This document shows positions 51,511 to 62,906 of a DNA stretch of 64,000 nt, piece after piece. The DNA is from Glaucostegus cemiculus (taxonomy: Eukaryota): positions 23,932,001 through 23,996,000 of the forward strand of contig CDPCPM010000010.1 of assembly GCA_976551045.1 (NCBI GenBank), read 5' to 3'. The notes under the pieces were generated by a model that was not told the DNA's origin, did no database searches, and saw only the letters and a list, made by a program, of their open reading frames with translations. Every line of letters begins with the position of its first letter. Position 1 is the first letter of the stretch. The translations under genes were made by a program, and so were the position numbers.

Positions 51511-52367
51511 TTTTTCTTTCCCTACATTTCAGTATAACTGAAGTGCAGGAAGAGAAAATTTTTTTAAATGCTGATCAAAGTATTTGAAAGCCTTAATGAA
51601 AAGTTTGCCCAAATTGCTTTCATCAATCTACTTTGAAACATCATTCAGACACTCTAATGTTTCTTAGCTTTTCAATGAAAAGAAGTTCTTTTTAACACTT
51701 TTGTCCCTCCATTCTTTTTCTGCATTGTGCTTGATCTACAATACTAAACCTATCCAATGGCTAAAATATCCAGTAATGAATCCTCAAGTCTACAACAGTT
51801 TACTTACAAGCCAACATAATATCCCAGTATACAATTCATTCCCAGGTATGTAATATTCTAAATACAACTTATATGCTGCTGAAATTGTACTTCACTATTT
51901 TTAAGTTCAAGACAGTCTTCTTCAGACAATCTCATGCCTCAAGGCACAAAAGTGCCCAGTAATTTGAGTTACAACCACTCTTCCATTGCTGGGAATCACA
52001 AAATACAGGAACAGCTTGTACTTGTATGCCATTTTTTAACTTAATAAAATGTCTGAGAATGCTTCACAAGGCACAATTTGCCAAAAATCCAAAGCCAAAA
52101 CAAGAGTCAGATAGCTTGATTACCAGTGTAGGATTATCCTGAAGGAGAGAGATGGAAAAGTTTAGGGAGGAAAAGTTGGAAAGAATCAGTTGAATGACAT
52201 GGCTGCAAGTGGAACAGGTGGTTAGATTTGGGAAAGTCATAGAAATGCAGTTTTCTGGGGAGGAGAGCGATGAAATGGAAGAAACTGCAGAACTTGGCTA
52301 GAGTAAAAACATCCAGAGAACTACAGAGAGAATTTAAAATTTAATGTGTAGAACAACTCAGCAAGAT

Positions 52368-52620
52368 TAAGACACAAGAGAGTCTGCAGATGCTGGAAAT
52401 CTGGAGCAACACAAAATGCTGGAGGAACTCAACAGGTCAGGCAGCATCTTTGGAGAGAAATGGACAGTCAGCATTTCACATCGAGCCCCTTCATCAGGAC
52501 TGGAGGTAGAAATGGGCAGTCCTGATGAAGGGTCTCGACCCGAAACCTTGACTGCCCATTTCCCTCCATAGATGCTGCCTGACCCTCTGAGTTGCTCCAA
52601 CATTTTGTGTGTTACTCCAG
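52368..52620. repeat. Fold-back pLTR palindrome with two opposed hammerhead motifs
   Basis: ctggagcaacacaaaatgctggaggaactcaacaggtcaggcagcatct pairs with agatgctgcctgaccctctgagttgctccaacattttgtgtgttactccag. Cores are at 52522-52546 (+) and about 52474-52497 (-). Confidence 0.85.
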
Positions 52621-53029
52621 CAAAATGAAGGGCAATGAGCAAGCAGATCCAAATTATCCCAATTTGTACTTAAACACCCTTAATACAGGAAAAGAGCCCA
52701 AAGTATTTCCAAAAAAATAACTTCACCCCCCCCCCCCCAACATCTTAAGCCTCATGAAAATGCATTAGGGCAGATGACAAAGTATGGTTGAAGGGTCAGT
52801 TCTGAGAAAGTACCTTAAAAATAGGAGAGAGTCCAACTCTGCCAGTTACCTAAGCCCAAAACTTGACACGAGACGAGAGTGGCACAGACCACAAACAGGC
52901 TCTTTGGCCCACTAAGCCTGTTCCAACCGTTAAATCTCCTCCCATACTAATTCAACAGTAATCCCATTCTTGCCCTGCATTCCTGTAAACTTCCCCCAGA
53001 TTCTACCAATCATTTGCTTACAAGGGGCG

Positions 53030-53170
53030 ATTTACAGTAGCAATTCTACCAAAACCCTCACATCTTTGGGATGCAAGAGGAAACCAGAGCACCCGAAGGA
53101 GACCCATGTAGTCACAGAGAGAACGGGGCAACACCAGAGTCACCTCACTGGAACAGTGAGACACTGTGGC
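53030..53170 (-). mobile_element. Old V-SINE remnant
   Basis: catctttgggatgcaagaggaaaccagagcacccgaaggagacccatgtagtcacagagagaacg is a diverged antisense V-domain. Confidence 0.7.
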
Positions 53171-54457
53171 AATATTTGCATTGTCTCCTTGCAGCAGTTT
53201 ATACGCGGCTCAAAAGTGCTATTATCAACGTCAAATTCACACCTAGTCTTCAATCTCTCTATGGTCTCAGCCCTCCGTCCCACCCAAGACATCCGAATTT
53301 GTCTGATTCTCATTTCCTCGCCATCCCCAAAAGTTACTACCCCACAGAACTCCCTCTTAAAAACCTCTGTCTGACACCCTCTAAAATGTTCCTTAACCCC
53401 TAACTCTAATATCAAGCTTTAGTCAACCTCGCCACTATTTCGTGGCCCTGCGTTACATTTGCTTGGGTGATCTACCACGAAGCGCTTTGAGCATTTAATT
53501 ATGCAAAGGGCGCTATATAAACGCAAGGCACGTCGGTTAGTTCATCACAGATCACACCCGTCTCAGACGCAGTACAGATGGCTAAGGTAATAAGAAGGTC
53601 AAAGGTGTGCTATTACCATTATTTATAGCAGCAAATTAAACTGTGGCACAAATACTAGTGCAATGACGAGGTGTTCAACTTTGAAATGGATGTTACATCC
53701 ATTCTATTTCATTCATACTGACGCAGACCCAGCCTCTACCGGATCCCTCCAGCAAGGACGTGCAACAAAACCCTTTCATTTCCTGACATTCGCAGGAGAA
53801 AAGTTTTTAAGTCGAGCAACTGACCCAACAGAGCACTTAACGTGTGTAGAAAATAAGACGAGATGCAGAGAGAGTTAATGTGCAGAACGACAGAAGCGCT
53901 TGAGAAATGCTGGAACTTTAAATACTCCTTTGCCGCAGAATTACAACCCCCCCCCCCCCCAAAAAAAAAAGAAACTGGAGGGTAAAGATCAGCCTCTGAA
54001 TGAGAGCAACCGGAAAGCGGGCACCTGCTGCGAGCAGCAGACGCAGCGCTCAACCTCCAGGTCGCTGCGTGTGAAAGCACACGGGTATCCCTGCAATGAT
54101 TACAACAGTCGAGTGAGCATTGAAATTGAAGTTAATTCACCCGAGGACTTTAGGAAAACGGGAAAGGCGCGCGGAAATACCATTAAAATATTTGATGAAT
54201 CAATCTATGCAAAAAAAATCTTATTTTTTGAGAATGAACGAGCCACTGTAACAAATTGTATCTGACACTCTATTTTTGCAACAATGTATCCGCCGGGGAG
54301 ACAACAAAGGACACCCGCCCGATGATTGACAGCTTCAAAACAAGGGGAGCAGCACCCACCACCCCGCCAATTAAACCCCTTTCCCCCCTCCCCTCAAAGC
54401 AAAAACAACTGCAGGCTGAAAGCGATGCAGACATAATACAAACGGCTCGCTACTCAC

Positions 54458-54487
54458 GGGTCGCTGTTCTGTTTCTGCCGTTTCCAT
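54458..54487 (-). CDS. SEPTIN8: Septin-8 coding exon 1 (METAETEQRP)
   Basis: gcaATGg Kozak context, 10 codons, then a CCC|GTGAGT donor in phase 0 that matches exon 2. It lies in the CpG-rich region and has the same 30-nt coding length recalled for mammalian SEPT6/SEPT8 exon 1. Confidence 0.82.
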
Positions 54488-54794
54488 TGCGTTTCCGTGT
54501 AATAAATGAACAAGAATGTGAGCTGCGAGTCTCCGCCGGCTGCCGCCTTCCCAGCTCGGTCAACATGGACACTTGCCCCCGCCCCCAAATGAAGGGGGGG
54601 GAAGGGGGGGAAGTACTCATTAAATTAAATTATAGGATCCGTACATTGTCTCCAAGCACAAGGCACCTTAATGCAATGGGTAGACTGTGGTCAATATCAC
54701 TCTTTTGTAATTGTAGCACTGTTCGACTGTTTGTTTCGTTCTCGCTGAATTCACAAGAAATTGCCGAATGCAATGGTTTCTTCCAGCGCCGCGG

Positions 54795-54815
54795 GCGGCT
54801 CTGGGATTTGTAGTC
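54795..54815 (-). promoter_or_regulatory. ZNF143(Staf)/THAP11-type promoter motif
   Basis: The minus strand reads GACTACAAATCCCAGAGCCGC, matching ACTAYRnnnCCCR / ACTACAAnTCCCAG, about 320 bp upstream of the ATG. Confidence 0.7.
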
Positions 54816-55279
54816 TATTCAGTGTGGTTTCCATCTCAGATCAATCAGTATCGGGATGATTTTTGGACTTAAGTACAAGTAAATTAACAAAGAAATATAT
54901 CAACATACACCATCAGTGAAGAAGGTGAATGAGTGAAAACTGTTCCCATGGTTTCATATAGGGTTTGCAGTTGTGGAATTAATACGAAATTTAAAATAAC
55001 TCCTATTAGGTATTGCAGTGGGATAACAAGATATTGCTCTTCCATCCAAGAAGCTGAAACTTGACCCAGACCGATATCGCTGATTTCATAACGTAAGGTC
55101 CACACGCGAAACAAGCCCGGGAAACTCAGTCTCCACAAAGATAGTGGTTAGTTATCAATGCATCACTTAAGAGCTATTCTTTTCAGAGAGTGGAATTAAG
55201 TTATTGTTGAAAGTGCAAGCATCTTGAGATATTCAGGACCAAGCTGCCCGCTGGACGGACCGCGTTCCTGTTACTGTTA

Positions 55280-55700
55280 ACCTCTATTAAGGGAAGATGG
55301 ACAGAAAACAGAAAAAATTGGGCCAATTAGCCTAACAACTGTCAGTCGGAAATTACTGGGATCTATTATTAAATGAAGTTGCAGCGGGACAATTAAGCAT
55401 ATTCAACATGGATTTATGAAAGGGAACTTCGATAAATGCATCAGAGTTCATTGAGCAGGTACTGATCAGTGTGGATAAATGAGGTGGTGGATGTGCTGTT
55501 GGGATTTCCAAAAGAACTTTGTTGAGGTGCCACGTAAAAGGTTACCATACAAGATTAGAGCTGGCAGTGTTGGGGGTAAAATATTAGCAAGGATAGAGAG
55601 CTGGCTAAACTACAGAAAGCAGAGAATTAGGACAGTGGATCATTTTCAGGTTGACAATTGTACTGATTGTTTGCCAAGGATCAGTAGTGAGGCCTCAATT
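55280..55700 (+). mobile_element. Decayed CR1 RT fragment
   Basis: DFQKNFVEVPRKRL.YKIRA.SVGGKILARIESWL.YRKQR. Confidence 0.65.
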
Positions 55701-55974
55701 TATAACTTCACAACATTTAAGAAAAGTTGTCAAGTATTTTGTTTACTGTATGGTGAGGTACAGGTAGAGTGAAAAACTTGCTTGCAGCAGCATAACAGGC
55801 AAGTAGATATCTAGATAACTAACTAAAAGGCCAACACAATGCCAGGCTGCAGACCAAGTGTTGGTAAATGTGATTAGTGCAGATGTATAGAATGGTCGGC
55901 ATGGATACAATGGGCTCATTTCTATGCGATATAACCCTATAAGCCTATAAACAATTAGAATCTGCATTAATTAT

Positions 55975-58510
55975 TTAGTAGATAGAACAGGAACAGGCCC
56001 TTCAGCCCACAATGTCTGTGCCAACCATAATCCAAGTTAAAACAATCCAATCTGCCTACACGTGATCCATATCCCTCCATTCGCTGTATTTTCACGTACT
56101 TGCCTAAATACCTCTTAAACATCACTATTGCATCTGCTTCCACCATGCCCCCAGTAGCAAGTTCCAGGCACCTACCATTCTCTGTGTGAAGAAACTTGCC
56201 TTGTGCATTTACTTTAAACTTTCCCCCTCTCACCTTAAAGCTATCCCCTCTAGTATTTGACATTTCCACCCTGGGAAAAAGACTCAGATTATCTATCCTA
56301 TCTACACCTCTCATAGTTTTCTAAATTTCTGTCAGGTCTCCCCTCAGCCTCTGCACTCTAGAAAAAACAATCAAGTTTGTCCAACCTCTCCTAGCTAATA
56401 CTCTCTAATCAAGGACCTTTCTCACCCTAATCATTCTCTCTTCTTCCCTCTCCTGAGAGAACAAACCACCAGACTCAAGGACAGCTTCTATCCCACTGTT
56501 ATCAGTCTCTAGACCTGATCTCTCATATGCTAAAAAATGAACTTGATTTCTTGATTTCCCAGTCTACCTCATTGTGGGCATTGCACTTTATTTGGCTATC
56601 TGCAATGCACTTTCTCTGCATCTGCAACACTATATTCTACATTCTTTTTTTAAATACTTTGATGTAATTATGTATGGGATGATCTGTCTGGATGGCATGC
56701 AAGACAAAAGTTTTTCACTGCATCTCTGTACGTGTGACAATAATAAACTAATACTAATACTAATCCAGGCAACATCCTCTTGAACCTCTTCTCCAAAGCC
56801 CCCACATCCTTCCTATAATGCGGTGACTAGAACTGCACACAATACTCTAAATGTGGCCTAACCAAAGTTTTATACGTCTGCAGCATGGCTTCCTGACTTT
56901 TATACTCAATGCACTGACTGATGAAGGCAAGCATACTGAACGCCTTCTTTACCACCCTATCTACTTGTGTTGCCATTTTCAGAGAGCTATGGACTTACAC
57001 CCCAAGATCCCTCTGTACGTTCATGCTGTTAAGGGTCCTGCCATTTACTGTTTAATTTCCTCTTACATTTGACCTTCCCAAGTACAACACCTCACACTTG
57101 TCTGGATTAAAACACCATTTGCAATGTCTCTACCCATATCTCCAAATATTCTATATTCTGCTGTATCCTTTGATAACCTTCTTCACTATCCACAGCTCCA
57201 CCAGTTTTACTAATCAGCCCATCTACATTTGCATCCAAATCATTTATATGTATCACAAACAACAGAGGTCCCAGCATTGAACCCTGTGGAACACCACTGG
57301 TCAGAGACCTCCAGTTGGAAACCTCCAGTCAGAGACCTCCACTCCTCCCTACTTCTCTCTTCTATGGCCAAGTCAATTTTGAATCCAATCTACCAAGTCA
57401 CCAATGAATCTCATGTGTCTTAAAATTTTGGATTAGCCTACCATGAAGGACTTTGTCAAAGTCCATGCAGACAACATCCACAGCTCTACCCTCATCTTTG
57501 TCACCTCTTCAAAAAAACTCAGTCAAATTCATAAAACATGACCTGCCCCACACAAAGCCATACTGACTGTTCCTAAGCCCCTGCTTTTCCAAATGCCAGT
57601 AAATACTATCCCTAAGAATCCTCTCCAATAGCTTCACAACCACTGATTAAACTTCACCAGCCTATAATATGCTGGATTATCCCTATTGCCCTTCTTAAAC
57701 AAAGAAACCACATCTTTAGTCCTTTGGACCTGGCCTATGGCTAGAGAGGATACAAAGATCTCCGTCAAGGCCCCAGCAACCTCCTCTCATGCCTCTCTCA
57801 ATAATCTGGGAGAGATCCCATCAGGCCCTGAGGACTTATCCACCTTGCTATTCTTCAAGAGACCCGACACCACCTCTTTCTTCATATCAACATGCCCTAG
57901 AATATTAGTGTACCCAATACTGATCTAACTGTCCTCCATGTACTTCTCCTTGGTGAATACTGATGCAAAGAGCTCATTTTGTACCTCGCCCACTTCCTCT
58001 GGCTCCAGGCATGTACTCCGTCCTTTGCCTACCCTTTTGTTTTCAATGTATGTGTAAAATACTTTGGGACTTTCCTTAATCCTACTCACCAAGGGCATTT
58101 CATGGTCCCTTTTGGCCCTTCTGGTTCCCTGTTTGAGTCCTTCCCCGCTTTCTTTATCTTTCTTAAGGACTTTGTCTGATCTCAGTTTCCTAAACCTTAG
58201 ATATGCTTCCTTTTCCTTTTTGACTAAATTTACAAGTCTCATCATCCAAAATTCCTGAACCTTGCTATCCTTGTTTTTCTTCTTCACTGGAACATTCCAG
58301 TCCCTAATTCTAATCAGCTGTCCTTTAAATAACTCCCTCATGTCAGTAATAGCTGATCCCAATCAATTGTCCCCAGCTCTTGCCTAATAACGTTGTAATT
58401 TGCCTTCTCCCAATCGGACCTTCCAAAGTCCAGGCTTATCCATATCCATAACTATCTTAAAACTTATGGAGTTGTGATCGCTCGTCCCAAAGTGCTCTCA
58501 CACTGAAACC
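55975..58510 (-). mobile_element. CR1 LINE ORF2, antisense, with a nested Rex1-like tail at about 56420-56765
   Basis: RIKESPKVFYTYIENKR..GEVQNELFASVFTKE and MRGVDRIDNLSLFPRVEMSNTRG..FKVRGGKFK, plus a CR1 tail. The insert ends tgtgacaataataaa(CTAATA)n. Confidence 0.88.
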
Positions 58511-59754
58511 CTGAAATTTAGATGAAGGAACTGTATGTGTTGTATTCAAACTACCTGACAATGCAAAGGTAGATGGGCAAACAATTTGTGAGATGGATAC
58601 AAACAGCCAGCAAATGCTTATTTGTGGATTAAATGAGTGGGTAAAAAAAGAAAGATGGAGAATGCTGTGGAGAAATATGAGGTCATCTGCATCGGTAGAA
58701 AGCAGAATAATGAGCCTGATCATGTTGATCTGGCCCACTGCCGTACTCACACTCCACCCCGCTCCCACAGCTGCATGTACCGTTTGTGGTTCCGTGGAGT
58801 CATTGACCCAGAGACCTTGATGCCGTTGTCCCTGTGCGAGACAGAGTGGGTTGCATGTGGTGACTAGGCTTCAGCTGGCGGATCCTGAGAATGACAGCCC
58901 CTGCAATGCCCTGATGACCTGTTGATAGCTGGTTGCTGACATAGCCCTTTCTGACTGCTTTTAATCAGAGACATTTAAAATCCTTTCAAATAGATTTAAA
59001 TACTTAAAAAACAAAAAAGTCATTTGAAAATCTCTAAACTATTAAAAATTAATCAAAAATATAAAAATAAACTAAAATAAAGGAAAATAAACTACTTACC
59101 TGCTTTAATTGTTAACCTAGTTATTCAGATTGGTGGGATTGTGTGATTAATGATGCCAGTCACCTGGTTCCTTAGATCAGGGCATTTACGTTTGGAAGTT
59201 AGATGTGCACAGAGGAGCAAATATCTGTTTCAGATTACTAGGGAAAATTGGCATTCGTCTGGGGTAACAAAATCAGACTGTGAAGTCAACTTCCACGAAG
59301 TATATTGCCTAGCTTGTTTATGAGCACAACTAAATACCATTATGCCTGTGAAGGTATTTACAATGAACTCTATTTTCAACAAGAGTTTAAATCTGACATC
59401 TGGACTACATGGTTATTATTAACTCGGAATTATACCGTGAAGATGCTTTTGCATTTCCTAAACAGATCTTTCAATACACACAGAAATACATTTGATTTTA
59501 TAATAGAAGCCAGCAAAGAAAACAGAAAAAAACAAAATGCTATAAAAAAGTTTATAAAGAAATATAAATTAAAGATAGAAACATGAATTTTGCCAATACT
59601 GCTGTGCCATCAGAAACAACTCATACAGTTGAAATTTGTGATGAAAGTTTCTTATTACTACATTTTTAAGCATATTGTAATATGAACCAAGAAATAGTTA
59701 ACATTTTGAAAATTATGAACATTTGAAATATTGGGTCACTATTTTTCTTATAGA

Positions 59755-59975
59755 TTACATAGAACATAGAAAATAGAATAGTACAGCACAGGAACAGGCC
59801 CTTCAGCCTAAGATGTCTGTGCCAACCATGATGCCAATTTAAACTAATTTCATCTGCCTGCACAAGGACTATATCCCTCCATTCCCAACCTGTTCATGTG
59901 CCTGTCCAAGTGCCTTTTAAACATTGCTGTCGTATCTACTTCCACCACTTCCCCTGGCAGCATGTTCCAGGCAGG
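59755..59975 (-). mobile_element. CR1 3' tail
   Basis: acatagaacatagaa...tacagcacaggaacaggcccttcagcc. Confidence 0.75.
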
Positions 59976-59999
59976 TTGTTCTATATTCAATAGAGAGGG

Positions 60000-61250
60000 A
60001 TCAACTGTGCTATGGCCAAGTTTGCTGATGGTTCAATATTGGGTAGCAAAGTGAGTTGTGACAAAAATGCAAGATGCTTCAAAGGGATATAGACAGGCTA
60101 CTTCGGTGGGATATAGCATGTCAGAATCAGAATCAGTTTTATTGTCACAACCATATACATACATAGTATGCATAGGAGCGAGATACCGTCCTCCTCAGGT
60201 GCTCGTCTCATTAAATAACAACCAACAGAGACACACAGACACACTTAACAGTCGTGAGTCAACAAGGTGAACAGGAACGGACTGAGCACACAACCCTGTG
60301 GGGAGCCAGTGCTCAGTGTGATGGTGCTTGAGGTGTTTTCACCAATTCTGACTGACTGCGGCCTGCAAGTGAGAAAATCCAGTATCCAGTTGCAGAGAGG
60401 AGTGTTAATGCCCAGAGCGCTCAACTTCCTGATCAGCTGTTGCGGGATGAAGGTATTGAAAGTGGAGCTGAAGTCGATGAATAGCAGTCGGCAGTATGAA
60501 TCCTTCTTCTCTAAGTGATATAGTGCAGAGTGCATGGCAGAGGAGACTGCATCATCGGTGGAACTGTTTACCCGATAAGCATACTGATGAGGATCCAAGG
60601 ATGGGGGGAGGATGGCTCTAATGTGCTTCATAACTAGCCTCTCAAAGCAGTTCATGACAATCGGCGTTAGAGCTATGGGACGGTAGTCATTCAGACACAT
60701 TGGAGGTGACTTCTTAGGAACAGGTATGATGGTGGCAGATTTTAGGCACTTAGGAACAACAGCCTGCTGTAGGGAGATGTTGAAGATGTCAGCCAGTACA
60801 TCTTTAAGCTGGTCCGCACATGTGGCATTTGATGTGATAAAATGTGAGATCATCCAGTTTGGAAGAAATTATAGAAAAGGGGAATAATTTTCAAATGGTT
60901 GATAATTCAAAAGATGTTGGTGTTCAGAGCTCTCTGGGAACCCTTGTACTGAAAGGCAATTTGCAGGTCCAGCAAGCAATTTAAAAAGCGAATTGTATAT
61001 TGGCCTTTATTACAAGAGTATTTAAGTACAAGAGTAAAGACATCTTGCTGCAATTATATCAGGCCCAAGTGAGACTGCAACTGGAATGTTCTGTCTAGAT
61101 CTGGTCTCCCAAACAAAGGAAGAGTGTATGTGTTATAGATGGAGTTTGGTAAAAGTCACCAGATTAACTCCTGGGGTGGATGAGAGCAAATCCCTCATTT
61201 CCTGGGAGGGGTAGGACCATACATAGAAGACAGGGTCTATATTCTCTAGA
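60000..61250 (+). mobile_element. Old CR1 RT fragment hosting a Rex1 insertion
   Basis: gccaagtttgctgatg (KFAD)...ggatatagacaggct; resumes tttgatgtgataaaatgtgag after 60823. Confidence 0.65.
60122..60818 (-). mobile_element. Rex1 LINE insertion with an internal deletion
   Basis: An uninterrupted RT stretch of about 190 aa ([57 protein letters not shown]) is joined directly to the tail also seen at 44289-44420. Confidence 0.92.
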
Positions 61251-62619
61251 GAGGCAATAGCTTTTATTTCTAATGTTCACCTCAGTCTGTTCCATGTTCC
61301 CATAATATCTTTTCTCTATCCAATGAAATCCTTAATCCTGGCTGTTGACATTATCCGGCATGCCTTTATCCTATTCTAAATTATGAAAGCGACTCATTTT
61401 CCACGCTTAGTACCTTCAATAATTTTTCATGTCATTGATAATAATTCTATGAATCATCTTGAATAAAGATCTTATGAATATATTCCAGCCAATTGCTATA
61501 ATGGGTTTAGGGATGATGCTGCCCCCTTCTGTTGTGTTGGAGTGTTATACTGATGCCGTCATATTATTTTACTGCTCACATTTGTTCTTTAGTTCTTCTG
61601 CAGACATGAAATATATGAAGAGTGTGGATGCTAACTAATGCCAGGTATCTGATTAGGAACTATTGATGTTGTGTTCCACATTAATCAGCAAGACCCTTTG
61701 GTCAAGGTGAGCCAGGATTCATATGGAATGACATGTAACATACGGGCCAGATGCATTTGGCTTAACCAATCCATACCAAAATTTATGCTCCATTCAAATC
61801 TCCTTCCACACATCCTCCTCTAACTCTGTCAGCATAGCTCTCATTCCTCATATGCTTACCTGGCTTCCAATCTATGCTATTCACCATAACAGCTAGCCTC
61901 TCCTCCTCCTCCACCCAACCAAGGAAACAAGTTCCACACTTCTCCCTGGATTTGATTTGATTGCTATTGATTTCTTGGAGTCTGTCTTACTTTGATGGCC
62001 TCCCTGCATCAAAATTACCTCTTTGTGACAATTAATGAAAACCTTAGAATGTTAAAGAAGTCTGATAAGTCATCACTCAGTTTTGCTTATTCATTCTTCA
62101 GCTTTAAGTTAGCAGTTTTCATGTTATCCTGATAATTATTTTTGCATCCTTCTAGTGCCTCTGTACTTTTTACATGTCATGGTGACCAATGTTGTACACA
62201 GTGTTCCAGGACTCTCAAATTAAGTTGCAAAACATTTAAGATAACATCCGTCTACTTTTCAATTCCATCTCTCTAGAAATAAATTAACACACTTGACCTT
62301 CCTTATTTATCATCCTGTTAAACTTGTATCTACAGTCAGTGATTAATGCTTCTATATTCTCAAATTCCTATATTCTTGCATTCCATTTAGATTTTTAATT
62401 TCCTATTAATATGTTAGCTCCTTATTTTACTTTCAAAACATACCTCACCCTTACGATGCAACAACAAAGCAGTAAGTAACACAAAAGAAACACAGGATCC
62501 TTAAATGTGCCAGCATTAACACTTCATGCAGCTGATAACGGATGAAAGTTTCTTATTACTATACTCCTATAAGCATCAGCTATTCCTAAGAAATAGTTAC
62601 AGTTACTCAGAGTTTTGAA

Positions 62620-62906
62620 AAGTGTAGCAGTTAGCATAACGCTTTACAGCACCAGTGACCCGAGTTCAAATCCAGCCACTGTATGTCAGGAGTTTGTACG
62701 TTTTCCCCGTGTCTGCGTGGGTTTCCTCCGGGTGCTCCGGTTTCCTCCCACATTCCAAAGATGTCAGGTTAGGAAGTTGTGGGCATGCTATGTTGGCACC
62801 AGAAGCCTGGCAACACTTGCAGGCTGCCCCCAGAACACTCTATGCAAAAGATGTATTTCACTGTGTGTTTCGATGTACATATGACTAATAAAGATATCTT
62901 ATCTTA
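62620..62906 (+). mobile_element. V-SINE, second subfamily (Rex1-like tail)
   Basis: Same head, V-domain and tail as 34310-34604; ends gactaataaagatatcttatcttat. Confidence 0.9.

Larger units (their letters stand above)
2578..54487 (-). other. SEPTIN8: Septin-8 gene (SEPT6 subgroup): span of 9 identified coding exons, final exon unresolved
   Basis: The spliced exons give one open frame of 1280 nt, [37 protein letters not shown]...KKDKDRK. It contains the P-loop GETGIGKS, G4 AKAD, the septin unique element ARQYPWG and a C-terminal coiled coil. [19 protein letters not shown] and [17 protein letters not shown] favour SEPT8 over SEPT6/10/11 (comparison from memory). Confidence 0.88.
53430..55270. 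promoter_or_regulatory. CpG-rich promoter region of the septin gene
   Basis: CpG density rises visibly against a CpG-depleted background and surrounds exon 1. GC boxes are at 54575-54586 (gcccccgccccc) and 54793-54798 (gggcgg). Boundaries were estimated by eye. Confidence 0.75.

Noticed and set aside
3318-52620. Recurring partially palindromic repeats as a CRISPR-like array
   Set aside because: The copies are dispersed over tens of kb, diverged, on both strands and without regular spacers. The context is eukaryotic and there are no cas genes.
54256-54813. 185-aa plus-strand ORF antisense to septin exon 1 (also 53900-54265 and 53736-54080)
   Set aside because: Non-ATG start, no recognisable domain, and expected by chance in GC-rich promoter sequence. 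It lacks the ankyrin repeats of a SOWAH gene.
59090-59104. Strong minus-strand donor (CAG|GTAAGT) upstream of exon 1
   Set aside because: It is an isolated site within a probable old repeat, with no supporting exon, promoter or acceptor.
60245-60853. 202-aa RT ORF as a possible domesticated gene or retron-like system
   Set aside because: It is a truncated Rex1 RT lacking the catalytic YADD/FADD motif, with a LINE tail and candidate TSD, inside another repeat.
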